DNA from: Saccostrea echinata
Taxonomy: Eukaryota
Direction of reading: 5' to 3'
Assembly: GCF_033153115.1 (NCBI RefSeq)
Contig: NW_026889758.1
Coordinates: forward strand, 11,160,001-11,224,000
Length of the DNA stretch: 64,000 nucleotides
The notes below the pieces were generated by a model. The model was given only the letters and a program-made list of their open reading frames with translations, was not told the DNA's origin and did not search any database. Both the position numbers and the translations under genes were made by a program. Numbering within the stretch: the first letter of the stretch is position 1; every line of letters starts with the position of its first letter. Below, piece by piece: positions 23,948 through 37,679 of this stretch.

Positions 23948-26900
23948 TGGATCCGGCCAATATAAACTGTTTCTGGTGATGTTTTGTTAATTTGTGATAA
24001 TAAATGTTTTATACTCAACATAGCTTTTTTATTTTCTAAATTCAATGCTGCAGAAGAAAAAAAAATTATTGGTATCCAATGAAAGGATTTTTTTAAAGCT
24101 CTTTAAAGTGATTATAAGAAGTATAGTGTTGAAATTTTGTAAAGCTACGTGTATAAGAATCTTTATACTTTTTTAATACAAAGATTGCAAAATTAAGAAA
24201 TACTTTCCAAGGAATAATAGAAAAATAAATATATATATTTTAAAGCAAGTTCGTATAATAAAAAAGTATACTGATATTGAGTCAATAGTGTAAGAAATAA
24301 TGACCGAATACCTCACCTCTACTGAGAGGAATTGAAACTCAGACCCATAAATTAAAGGGCTTAGTGTTTTAGTATTGAGGTTAGGAGATGCACAAAGATA
24401 TTATTTCCACTAAAATTCATCTACTTTGAGCATTTTCCTTTGTTTATTGAGATTTTTTTCCAATTGTAAAGTAATAGGAAGAGAAACTCGGCTGTATAGA
24501 TAAAGAGCACAATTATACAGAACTGACAAACTTCCTCAAGCATAGAGAGAGTGGAGGTGAAGAAATTTTGTTGAGCAATCGCTTTTGCTTGGATTACGAT
24601 ATTGTTGATATTGAATGCGATAATAAGAGCATGTTTTTGCGTGAAAACCAGACAAGGTATGCACCAGAGTTTACTGTTAGTAACCAGGCATATATTTAGA
24701 ATAAACACATTGTCCATTCAATCTGTCAATTAGAATATGCTAAGTCAGTGACATAAGTTTCATGTGTTGATATTGTTACAGTGAATAAAAGGTTTAAGAG
24801 AAAATGGGAAGACAATTAATTATTTGTTAAAATCAAACCATTTTGATTTTGAAGATGTACATTCTGGACTCAATAATAATAAAGAACCATATTCATATAT
24901 ACTAGGATATTATAATGTAAACGATTCTCGATTCTTCATTTCTGATCAGTATAAGGTCAGGGTTATTCTCAAACTATATATAGGGATATTTTATCTCTAT
25001 CGAGATATTTGTCAAACTCAAATCGAGGTACCATCAAATCACTAATTTTTGAGGGGGGGGGGGTAATTTTTGTTGTTTTTGAGGTATGAAGAGACCCACG
25101 ATTTATGCTCACCACAAAATGAAAAAGTGTCAAATACAAAACTACTCAATCATCCTTCAATCATAAAATCAAATCCCCACGAACCCATTGTTTTTCATCA
25201 AACAAGAAAAATTTGAACCCACGAGCATATGTGACTATACAGTATTTTACGCAGGTGTATATAATTTCGATTCCTTTGAAATTGTTGTACGTGATTTTTT
25301 TTTTCAATTGTAATATCCAGAAGTATTTTACTTTAAGCAAAATACTTAAAGTATAAAGTAGCTTATTGATTAAATCATTTTGTGTTACATTTTCCCTTTT
25401 AGAGAAGGGAAGTAAATGGTTATTGATTTTTGGTGTTTAAGATTTTGTTTTCATCTATTATTATTATAAACAAATGTACCTGAAACCATTTCAAACTTTC
25501 AGAATTCCAAGAAATGCAAATTTATACAAATACAAATTTAGCGATCTCAGCTGGATTTCTACTGGATTTCTGGAAATACGTCAATATATCGAAAATGATC
25601 AAACTCATAAATCTAGCAAACATGGCAAAAACACAGACCCCTTAATTACAAGAAGTTGGAGCAGGTGCTTAGAAGGGGTGAGCATCTCCTGTCGACTTGT
25701 CACACCCGCCATGAACCCTCTGCATCTATCATTCAAACGGAGCAATCCGTAAGATGCATAACAACATTGCCTTGAATGTCGGTCAAAATACGAACCGAAT
25801 CAATTTAGAAAGAGGTATATTGAAAGCCATTATAGATAATGGGAAAACTTCATAAATGATTTTTTCTGTTTGCATGTCTAATGATCTATTAGATATATAT
25901 TTTTATTGAAGATATATATATTTATAATAATCCTTGGACGATATAGTAGCAATGTAATTGATCAATGACATTACTGAATATTCTACACTTTACAATGCTC
26001 TTAATCGTATTTAATTATTGTTTTATTTACTACAAATATTATGCATGAAATATATTTCAAAGGCTGTATACTGTATTAATATTGATTACAATTTTTATTT
26101 CTGTCTTTTGATTTCAATCGGTGTATAATTTGTATACATGTATTTGGGTAAGGTTTTTTTTGTAATTTATTTATTCATTTTTGTGTACGTGTGTTTTGAA
26201 AATCCTACTTTGCAATAAACAAAATTGTTTTTCTATTTTTCGGACTTTGTACTTTTCAAAAAAAAATATTCATTAACCCATTCTTTTTTTTAATAAGTTC
26301 TATATAAAAAAACAGGGCACTTAAGCAATAGCAAATGGGTCCTTTTTAGTTCCATTTAAAAAATATCTTGTTTTGTAATAATTTAACATTGGTGGATATA
26401 CTTCTGATTAAAAATCACGTGCAACATCACCAAGACTGGCATGGATAGCAAACTACTAGGGCTTTTTTAATTGCTATAGATAATCCAGAAAAATAATATC
26501 GAAGCTACTAACATCAAGGGAAGGACTCGACTGTTGAACAAGCTGATGGTGGATCGATGTGCACTTTTGTCGAATGATAAATTCGAATAGAGCTATGTAA
26601 GTTGTCTGTAGTCATAGTGATAAAACTAAGAGTTTTGCACGCTAGCATTTGATATAATAGAATAAAGAAAGTATAAGTTTCTCTATCCATTCGAGGCAAG
26701 GATTTTAAATTACAAAAAAGTATTTAGGTGCAAAAGGCCGAACTGTTTTATTGTACATTTGTACTTGCATTTAAGTAGACAGTTGATCTATTTTGTTATC
26801 AAAGTTATTTGAAGCCAGAAGAACTTCACAAGAAAGTATCATAAAATAGAATATTGAAATAAAATTTTGAAATAAAAAAAATCGTACAGATAGTTTTCGC

Positions 26901-27463
26901 TAAGTGTTGTAAAAATAAAAATTATTGTTGATTTTTTAAAAAAATTTTATATTTAAGAAACTTATTGGAAATAAGCTTTTGAACTTTAATGGTTTATCCA
27001 GAAATTAAATACATGTATATGCATGTAGTTTATTGTACCTTTGTATAGTTTCATAACATTATGGCTTTTAATACCATCGTCTTTCATTATGGATGTTTAA
27101 AATTTGATATTTATGTATGATGACATTTTAAGCGACACCAAATTCCCGTTACCTTCCCGTTTTTCATAAAATCAAACATAGATACATGCAAACATATAAA
27201 ATATAAAGCATAACATGTCTTTGGCGAACGATATAAAACGTATTATTTTACAGTGAACAACTTTGACTAACAATAATATGGGTAGAAACTCGCGTAACTT
27301 TTTAAAATAATTTTTCAACAGGTGAGCTCAATATCGGTAACACGAGTAAATAGCTCTCGCTTGCTCTAAAAAATATTGAAAATGTCCATACGTTTTTATA
27401 TTTTAATTACCAGCCTAATGTTGTTCAAATTTCTTTTCTTTTCCTCAAGTTTTCTAATACATA

Positions 27464-27820
27464 AGGGCCTAGTAGTCACGGTAGCCTAGTGGTAGGGCGC
27501 TCGCTTCGTGATTGGGAGGCCAGGGTTCAATTCTCGTTCGCTGCTCCACGTCAAACCTTAAAACATAAAAATAGGTAGTGGCTGTTCCTTCGCCAAGTGC
27601 CCGCCACTAGAAATGAAACTCACTGGTCTTTCAGATGAGACTTTAAAAACAGAGGTCCCGTGTCACGGTAGGCACTGGCACAATTAAGGACACTCACTGC
27701 TCAATGGCCGTGGGTGCCGAGTATAGGTCTAAATTTGAAGCCCTTCACCGGCACACGGTGACGTTTCTATATGAGTGAAAAAATCTCAAATGGGACGTTA
27801 AATAGCATACAATAAATCAA
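27464..27820 (+). mobile_element. tRNA-derived Meta-core SINE, full length
   Basis: A-box tagcctagtggta, B-box ggttcaattctc, shared core and tail; TSD tctaatacata at 27453 and 27821. Confidence 0.9.
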
Positions 27821-27897
27821 TCTAATACATAGGGCGTCCCTTATCTTTTGCGCAACGTTAGGCTAGCTGACAGTTAACAAAGGCTTTGAAATGAATA

Positions 27898-28104
27898 CTG
27901 TAAACTAACTATTATTTGCGACATTTTTTATTCGCGATTTGTAAGTTTCAAACTTATCCGCGACGACTAAGTTTTGCGACCGAGGAAATATTCCGCATGA
28001 ATACATAAGGAAATAAATAGTTTGCGGCAAGAAATATTCGCGAGTAAAGCAAGGTCGCGAAACTCGCGGATATTTCTCACACGCGAATAAAAGTTGGTTT
28101 ACAG
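27898..28104. mobile_element. Tc1/mariner-type MITE
   Basis: TA|ctgtaaactaactattatttgcg ... cgcgaataaaagttggtttacag|TA; internal tcgcga motifs. Confidence 0.8.
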
Positions 28105-28799
28105 TACCTGTCCTAGATCTACTATAGAAATTCACGAATGTTGGCTGACCCCTACGGCATTGTATGGCTTTGCTCTTTTTAGATATTTTTATTTCGGCAC
28201 TAAAGCTTGTTAAATTTTATGATTTATATTCCAATTGATAATGTGAGCTGAAAAATTATGCTTTATTTGAATCTTTATTTTTTCACATTTTAACGGAGCC
28301 CATAAGCTCACTTGTTCTTTTATAATTTGTCAATGATTCAAATCTCTGTTTTAGCTTTTGACAGGTTGAAATCTATAAACATCTTTTAAAGATTCAAGTT
28401 TGTTCAACACAATCAGAAGATGCACAGATGTCCAGTCAGCTTTTTCTAACTCCTCAACAACCAAAGCAGACTCAACATTTTTCATAGATCGAATTCTCTA
28501 CGTATTATGTTTTCTAAGTAAACTACTCAAATTGCTATTGTTTAAAACATCAAGTTGTGATCGTTGAGATAATTTAGATAATTTAATGAAATATGATCAA
28601 ACAGCGATGAGTTCATGTCTGAGATTCTGGTTGAACTTGAATTCATTTCAATCAAAGAAATACAGTATGTGTCTGCATCCTTCATGTGAAAAAACGTAAA
28701 GATAGCAAACTGCAATCTATCTCATATACCCTGTATACAGTACAAACTTATACAGGGCAAAATACGGACCTCTGGAAACACCAGAGGTGAAATCAGGCT

Positions 28800-28922
28800 C
28801 CGGGGCCATAAAACTTGGACGAGCTCACTTTTGATCTCGGTCTCACTTTTACCAAAGGAATTAATAGTAGAAAAGTGAGACTGAGATCAAAAGGGAGCTC
28901 GTCTAAGTTTTATGGCCCCAGG
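28800..28922. mobile_element. Palindromic MITE with GGGGCC termini (PIF/Harbinger-like)
   Basis: ggggccataaaacttggacgagctcacttttgatctcggtctcactttt mirrors aaaagtgagactgagatcaaaagggagctcgtctaagttttatggcccc. Confidence 0.8.
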
Positions 28923-30378
28923 GCCAGATTTTTAAATGATTATAAATGTTTAATGAATTAAAGAAGATGTGCTTGGTACTGATAATTTTTAAAACTATTT
29001 TCAAAAATACTCTCAAAAGTTAAAAGAGAACCCATTCTTTTAAAAGAATGTAGAATTCATGAAAATACTGAACCAGAAATATGTACTTTACAAAAATTGC
29101 TATTGAGTTTATAGCCCCAACTTCAAAAAATAAAGTGGGTAACTTTACTAGATGAGTCAATCTCAGAAAAAAAACTGGAAATTTTATTTTATAAATGCCT
29201 CAATATGCACAAAACAGACAAAAACAATTTATACTCAGTATCGAGCACTGATGAATTACATTGCTAACAACTCCTTTCTTCATAAAGTTAAGCTCTCAGA
29301 AAATAGTTTATGTATATTTTTAATAGTGTAACAGAGACAATAATTCACTTATCACATGACTGCGTATATTTGACTGTATTTTGGACTTTTTACAATGATT
29401 TAAAGTCGTTGAAAAAGATTACAAAATATCCAAATGAATTGGTTTACTTGGTTACATAGAAGAAAGATGTTTCGAAAATTTTATCATATTAGTTGCAAAA
29501 AATTTTATTTATTATTCAAGATCACAAGCTTCTAAGCCAATATTTACTAATGCAGTGAGTTTATATAAGTATTATAGAAACATAGAAAAAATATATGAAA
29601 ACATATTTCAATGTAAGAACAAAATGCTTACTTAATGGGCCATGTATAATTTTGTCTACAAAGAGTGATGAAATATCAAAATTATATCTTCTTATCCTCG
29701 CTTTTTCGATATATTTTTGCTTTGTTTAGATAAAATACATGGTTAAATGTCAGATTTTTACATTCTATGTACATTATTTTATTAAAAAGAAAGCGCACTG
29801 TGTGAGTGTGTGTTAGTACGGTGGTAAGTGGATATATGTTTGTATATATATATAAATATGAAATGCTTAAAACATAAAATGTTAAAAAAGAATTCAGATG
29901 CCTAGGAAGACTATTGATTGGTCACACCAACCATGAGTTGTATTTTTTCTATTCCATATCATTAACGAGCCAGTCACAAAAATTAAACACAAGTAAAATT
30001 TAAGTACTCATTAATAATTTATTTACAGAAGTGTCACAAAGAATAAATGGTTGTTATAGAAATACCACGACTGATTATTGAAACAATAAATGGTTTTAAA
30101 ATGACACTTCCCTGTATGCAAAATTCACGAAAACCAATCCGCACATTAAGGCGGTGCAATTGATTAATTTACAAACTTTGAGAAAATCTGTGCACATAAT
30201 TAAAAAGAAAAAAATCTATTAATGCAATGAAGGTGAATGAATTAATTTCTTACAAAATGAAATGACTTTGAATGCCGGACAAAATCATGAAACATTTATT
30301 TTTTCGTTTTGTTTGCATATAAAATATTTGAATCACCTAGAAATAGATATTTGACAGTTTGAAAACAATAAAATATAC

Positions 30379-31608
30379 CCATAAAGGGCCACAAATCTCT
30401 ATTTACTCATCTTGGTCTTTTTGATTTTTCGAAGATTTGTAAAAGAATTTTTCCTTCTTTATTATCATTCAAAATTTTGGTCCTGCACTAAGGCTCAATC
30501 CTAGCCCCAAAGACGCAGATTTAAACGTAACCAAACATGAATCCACATAACATGGAAAATAAATTTAATGCCTCAATATCAATACATCAGTGTCCTTACT
30601 GTGTTGGAGATGTTTTCCTGAATATATACATTATGTAAAATTGTTGCTCTATTTGCCCCCCCCCCCATCCCCACACCCCAAAAAAATTAACGCCAGGGTC
30701 CATAATATATGCAATGGATCTCATACAAGTTTTGAATGTCAGATAGTATTAAAGTGAAATTTCAGTGGGTTTCGTATTTTATGTTCTGATTTTTTTTAGA
30801 TGGATCACTGATTGTTATCACCTTATTCATATAGCAAGTTTTGAATAAACCACTTCAAAAAGTTTCATTTAATTTTTTTTTTATTTCATTTAATGTATTT
30901 TTTTCTGGTCAGTGGTTCTAAAACGAAAAACTTGAATAACCCCATCCTATGATTTTCTTGTCTTTTTTTTTTATCTCCCTATAAAGGGAACTACTTGAAC
31001 AAATTGTAACCATCGTTCTTACACAAGGACACACTCAAGTACACTGTGAGACAAGTACACTGTGAGACAAGTACACTGTGAGACAAGTACACACTGAGAC
31101 AAGTACACTGTGAGTTAAGTACACTGTGAGACAAGTACACTGTGAGACAAGTACACTGTGAGACAAGTACACTGTGAGACAAGTACACACTGAGACAAGT
31201 ACACTGTGAGACAAGTACACTGTGAGAGAAGTACACACTGAGACAAGTACACTGTGAGACAAGTACACACTGAGACAAGTACACTGTGAGACAAGTACAC
31301 TGTGAGACAAGTACACACTGAGACAAGTACACTGTGAGTTAAGTACACTGTGAGACAAGTACACTGTGAGACAAGTACACTGTGAGACAAGTACACACTG
31401 AGACAAGTACACTGTGAGACAAGTACACCGTCAGACAAGTACACACTGAGACAAGTGCACTGTGAGACAAATACAATCTGAGACAAGTTTCAATGGTCAA
31501 AGAGAAGAGAAGGAAAATGTGCAAATTTTGTAATGACGCCGAGAGAGACAACAGACAATTTTTTATTTGAAAAGCTCATTTGAGCTCTTGTTTCAGGTTG
31601 GCTAAAAA
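30379..31608. mobile_element. Degenerate HINE/pearl-type element hosting a minisatellite
   Basis: Terminus aaagctcatttgagctcttgtttcaggttggctaaaa preceded by a gacaacagaca remnant; left end approximate. Confidence 0.5.
31036..31488. repeat. 16-bp minisatellite (caagtacactgtgaga / caagtacacactgaga), ~28 units
   Basis: Direct reading; explains the repetitive minus-strand ORFs. Confidence 0.97.
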
Positions 31609-34311
31609 TAGCAAGTATAGTAAACAGAAGATGCATTTGTCATTTAGCGCTAGTAGTACCTGGCCATAAGTACCTGTATACGTAACATGAAAATTAGATA
31701 TGAAAATAATTTTTCATATTAGCAACACGAACACCAGTACATTTTTTCATTAAAACTCAACACCTTTCAAAATCGCTTTGAGGTTGATTTTAAATTTTCA
31801 AGTTCAGGGGCTAAAGAAAAAAAGGAAAATAATAAACATAAACCTATCATGAAATTCAAAGACACAACTAAAGCGACAGAAGAAAATCTAAAGCTGTTCT
31901 AACTCTGTATATGTCAATGGATTGTTGTATGTTATTCAATAGTTCAACGTCCCATTCTCATTTATATAGATACGTCGATATTAGCAGATCAATAGACAAA
32001 AAACTTAATGATTAAGAAAACACATAAGTATAACAAGTTATAAAGAATAGAAAAATAAGAGATAATCAAAATTTAAAAAAAAAATAAATAAAAATAAGTA
32101 TATTTTTTTAAAAATAATACTAATTAATAAATAAAAAGACCAATTTATTAATTAATCAATTAATTTTAAAATACATAATGGCAGATAACATTAACAAACA
32201 CGTGTTGTTTGTCAAATTTAGGTCTACATTCTTGAATGTTTTAAATCATTAGAAATTATTCAAATTATTAGATATGCCTTTTGTTTATTCTAAAATTAAT
32301 TTTAAAGTAAAGTAAAAGGTTCACGGTGTATCTAACTAGAACATTTTGATATCATATAAATAAAGCATCCTCAGATTCAATATATATTAAAGTGAATTAC
32401 CGAAAACACAATGTTTCATGTAATAAAAAATAATTTGTACATGTCAATACAAATTTCAATAGTGCAATATCCCCATGCATTTTACCTAAGAAAAAAATGC
32501 ATACTACATGGAATAATACATTTCATTTGTTTGTTTCAAAGAAATTAAACAATCTTTAAAATATTAGGAAAAAAACCTATCCACTTGCAAAAAAAAAAAC
32601 CCTGACAGTCTATCATACTTAGATAAGTCTTACACTTTAATTTTACTCAAGTCATATGTTTCATAATTATGATTCAAAAATTGTTTTGTGGTTGAAATTT
32701 TACATCAAATTTTTGTTTATTGTCAAAATAACATTTTCTTATTAAATGTTTATATATATCATTGGATTGAGGTAATGAACAATGTCAATCTACTATTTTT
32801 AGGACGTATCATTTCCATCAATTCGATAAAAAAGTTCTAAATTATAAATTCATAACATACATAAATTAACTTATAATGATGATTCAAAGTAGACACTTGA
32901 ATATGTAGAATTAATTGGATTTTTTTCCCTTCCATTCTTAAGGATACATATCACAAACAATTTGATGCATGGATTGTTATATATCTTAACTGATTATGAA
33001 TGGAAATGACATAAATAATAAATCCTTAAAATATACAAAGAAATTGTAAGTTCTCATTGGTATTTAGGTATGCGACTTTGAGTAGTTTTCTATACAATTC
33101 TATATAAAATATTGCACACATTTTTATCATTGTGACAAAATATTGCAAATTTTCCCACTTTACCTGGCAAACATTATTCAGGTTACCTATTTGAATATAA
33201 ATCTATGAGAAATATTGCTGATATCTAAAAAACGTTTCTGTTATTTAACCTTAATATTATAGCATTTTGAAAATTAAAACAAATCATTAATGTTTTTTTT
33301 AATAGAAAATATTGACAAGATCAATCTATTTTCTGATTTATCTTTTTCATGTTATACATTATTTATGAAGATTTCCTATTTCACAAATAGCTTAAAATAA
33401 TAATAATAATAATAATAATACAAATATTGACTGGGGATGATGAGAACAAGAATGATTATTTTAGCCTCCAATTGATAAGATATTGCCAGACGAAGAGTGG
33501 AAGGTAATATTTTCATCCCGAGGAGGCTAATATATTCAATGCAAAACACATGTGTTTTGTTATAGGAATACCATTTTTTTTTATCCAAAACAAATCAGTA
33601 ATATAACATTGGAAACAAATTCATTTAAATAAATAATTTAAATTTTGTATCCCTTTATTTATTGTGATGCCATGTTTTTGAAAGTCCCGACGTTATCATT
33701 ACGTCACAATATATTAGTATACTGATCAGAATCAAGATCAATAAAAATGTGGGAATACTCTCCTTTCCGGTCAATAGGGAAAAAAATAAATGACTGTCAA
33801 TATTTCTCGGAGGATCTAATATCAATTATATTGACTGCTTTTATGCATAGAGAATAAAGAGATATTCTTTACTGAATTATCATTCCGTAAATCAGAACAA
33901 ATAATATTCCTGTAAATCTATACAGAAGAAGAGTATTTAAATATGATATACGAAAAAATTCTTTTGTATTAATAATAATTTCTTTAAAGCACAAATTTTA
34001 GAATTCCAAACAGTGTTTTTCTAAAGTTATGTTCTTAAGATAATATTGAAAAGGAAGGAAAATGTTCTTTTGAAAAGAAGATCAATTGAATTTTCAGAAA
34101 ATACAAAAAATAGTTATCTTTTTATATTTTTATCTTTTTATGGTTTACGCATAATTTATAATTTGGCATTTCACAACAAACAATTTTTAAATTATCAAAT
34201 TTTAGAATAATTAATGTCATTCTGTCGATCACAGAAAAGCTTCCTTTTAACATCAATTTGGTTATTATTAAGACAACTTTAAGAAATGAATCACACTAAC
34301 CACTCTTCCTT

Positions 34312-34365
34312 GTGACGTAAGCTTTTGATAAGTATATAAACACTGTTGCTTTGAAAACTCTGTAC
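34312..34365 (+). promoter_or_regulatory. Core promoter of gene B2
   Basis: tgacgtaa 34313, tatataaa 34333, ctgtac 34360; exon 1 donor aaa|gtaaga at 34404/34405. Confidence 0.8.
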
Positions 34366-34580
34366 AAGAAGCAGTGTTAGCCTTGTGAAGAGCAGCAAAG
34401 CAAAGTAAGAGTACAAATATTAGACGTATTATTAAAAACGCTACAGTTCTACGAGGCACTCTTCATAAAAGTTGTTTCATTGAATAAATTTTAAGAGTTG
34501 AAAGAAGATCATATCGCTTCACATAAAATTATGTTTTTATATCTTTTAAATAAATAATTGAACTTTTTTTTCAACAGAAA

Positions 34581-35448
34581 ATGTTGAGACTCACCTCCCT
34601 TGTCTGTATTGTTGCCTGCGTTTTCGCAGACTCTTACCCAAAGGGTGACTATTACCCTAAAAATGACTACTATGGTGGATGTGGAAAATATGGATGCACA
34701 TACGGTATCCACTCTCAAGGTCCCTATGGTAACTTTGGAGGAATAGTCAGCTCTACAAGTGGAGGACTTAACACCGGATTCGTCAGCACTGGAGGTCTCA
34801 ACACAGGATTGATCGGTCTTGGAGGTGGATCTGCTGCCGCAAGCGCTGCCGCCGCCGGAGATGCTGCCGCTGCTGCTAGCGCAGCCGCTGCAGGACAAAA
34901 TGCTGCTGCTGTTGCCGCTGCCGCCGCTGCCAATGGAGCAGCTGCTTCATCTGCTGCTGCCACCGGAGGTTTTGGATTGAACATTGCCCCATACTACTTC
35001 AATCAACCAGGATATTTCTATAATTTCCCAGGACAATATGGAAACTTTGGTCAATACTACACCTATCCCAGACATTACTACAACAGTTTCCCCATTTTCA
35101 ATAACTACGCCCCATATTATGGTCTCGGAAGTGGATCCTCCGCTGCTGCTAGTGCTTCTGCTGTTGGTGGAAGTTCTGCTGCTTCCGCCGGTGCTTCTGC
35201 AGGTGGATTTGGTGGATTCAACGGAATTTATGACGGAATCTTCCTTGGGGGATCAAGACGTAATTTCAGAAGAAGACACAGCAAGGTATTATCTAATTTT
35301 CATTTGAAACTCTTTCTTTCATTTTATGTTAGACAGTTTAAGCTTTTTATTAACAAGCTATATCAAAATCGTCTTTTGCGTTCATTATCATTCAAATTTA
35401 CAGATAATTTGTGTTCATTTCTCTCTGCATATTTTTCAGGTGTACTAA
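34581..35448 (+). CDS. shelk2: Shelk2-like secreted silk-like shell-matrix protein B2 (237 aa; coding 34581-35285 + 35440-35448)
   Basis: About 97% identical to the B1 coding exon; intron 1 34405-34577, intron 2 35286-35439; last exon GTG TAC TAA; aataaa at 35461 and 35503. Confidence 0.92.
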
Positions 35449-35685
35449 TGGATCGGTCCAAATAAAAATGTTTCTGGTGACGTATTGTTAATTTGTTATT
35501 ATAATAAAGTTATATACTCAAAGCAGTTTGTTGTGATTTAAATTTTATGCTGGAAAATAAAAAAATATTTTCAAAAAAGGTATTGTTGATAAATACGGTG
35601 TGAAAAATTTGTGAATTACTAGGCATTTTGTTTTGTTATACTACCTGCTTCAGTTTTACGATTCAACTTCAAGAATACAAGATTG

Positions 35686-35723
<38 letters not shown>

Positions 35724-37254
35724 AGGAATAAAAGTAAAGTTGAAGTATTTCTTCCAATTTCGTAAAAATAACGTTGATCACATTGGTGGTGGACCCTTGT
35801 CATGGTCAGGTAAACTGAGATATGCATAGAAAATTCAAATATAAAAAATAATTACCGAACAATGTATTTAAAAGTCAGTATATCGTCCACGGAATTTGCA
35901 GTTGAAAGTCACTGATAATCTTGTATCTTTGACTTATTTGTCAATAAACTGCCTCGGTTTAGAAATTATTAATACGTAGAACACGATCTTGCTTATCGAA
36001 TCAAGCGGGAGACATAAACTCAGTATATATGCAGGTGATGATGGTATAAAGATTCATAAATAAGAGAAATTGACGATAGAAAAGTTGAAGTGAGATACGT
36101 TTCTAATACAGGTTAGTTGTTAATTTGTCATTGGTCTCGTTCTCCTAGCCACCTGATCCCGCATTCTGTGTTTCCAGGGGGTCCGTGTTTTTGGACTGTT
36201 CACGATTCGTTTTGTTTACTGGATTGATGAGATTTGTCAGTTTTCGTTATCTTAACCTCTTACATTCATTAGATATTCAGATATGGAGCAGATGCATCAG
36301 ACTAGTGTCTTCTAGTTCGAGTTCAGTGGGATATATGGAACGTATAAATCATATTTCTAATTATGAAGCGTCGTTGATATATCCAAATGTTGTATTGAAG
36401 GCCTTTTTTCGTGTAGAAGTTTTTGAAATTTTTTTGCTTTTTTTTAAAGAATGAAGAAACAGGTATACTTATAACGAGAGAAATTAATATCCATGAGATA
36501 TCAAACAGATTGTAGGAAGACCAGGTCTCCAAAGACTACACAATTACAGTGTATTGTAAATAAGAAACCGTATAATAGGTAATTTTTGCGATAATCAAAT
36601 TTTTTTGAGCCTCTTTAGATCACAAAAAATGAAAACGCAATAACTTGTCATTAGTTATGCAACATAAAGATTACAGAGATAAACCAAGTAAACCACTGAT
36701 AGAATCACAGAAAAAAAAACAACGCAAAGTAACAAAAAAAAGTTTTGGGACATTTTCGCAAAAGTGAGCAGAAAAAAAGTAAGATGGTATTGATATTAGG
36801 TCTTAGCTAGTGGCAAGTGTGAGGAGTCGACAGGGGATGCTTATTTCTCCTCGGTACATGATTCAACATCCGGTGTGAGTAGTTTTTTTTTACCCTCTTT
36901 AGTATTGTTTACAGAAGATTGATTACGGTTCGTTATCTCACTTTTTACATTATACAAGACGACATATTGGCAGAATACCCCACAAAAGCAAAGAAACCAG
37001 AATCTGAAAGGGATGAGTACTTTCACATTGATGTAGAGATTTGCAAGAATAGTTATTCTTCCGCTTAAAATCCACCTACTTTGAGAGCGTTTCTAAATTT
37101 GTTAATTGACGGTTTTATTCAGATGTAAAGTAATACAGAAGTCTACTCTGTTTTGACAAAGAACCCAAATGAAACGTATGGAACTAACAAAATTTTTTTA
37201 AAAAAATTAACCATGCATGGACTTAGTGAAATGAAGAAATTTTCTTCATTTTTG

Positions 37255-37497
37255 ATTAATTGTTTGTTTATTAATTTGTTTGTTTAACGTCTCTTCGAGA
37301 ATTTTTCACTCATATTCAGACGCCACCACTTGCCGGTGGAGGGCTGCAAATTTATTCCTGTACTCGGCACTTAGGCCTTTGAGCAGTGAGGGATCTTTTT
37401 CGTGCCAGCACCTACTGCAACACGGAACCTCTTTTTTACGGTCTCATCCGAAATTCTCGAACGGGGCGTAAAACAACATACAATCAATTAATCAATC
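37255..37497. mobile_element. Chimeric SINE remnant: minus-strand core and tail fused to a plus-strand tail
   Basis: 37255-37452 is the reverse complement of SINE core and tail; 37451-37497 aaattctcgaacggggcgtaaaacaacatacaatcaat is a forward tail. Confidence 0.8.
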
Positions 37498-37679
37498 ATA
37501 ATATGTATATTCATGTGGCACTCAACAATTAATAGCATAAGAACCCTTTTTGAAAAAAATTGGAGTGTTGAATGTGAAAGGTTCCCGATTTTTCATCTCT
37601 GAACAATATTTAGGGCAGGATATATGCTGCGTAGGGTATTGTTGTTGTTTTATGTCCCTTGAATTCATAAAATTTTACC

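Noticed and set aside
30991-31551. Cys/Ser/Val-rich repetitive ORFs, or a CRISPR-like array
   Set aside because: Translations of a 16-bp minisatellite; no unique spacers; eukaryotic context
34581-35465. 294-aa ORF as the true B2 product
   Set aside because: Reads through intron 2; conserved splice sites and the VY-stop exon in all paralogs support a 237-aa product
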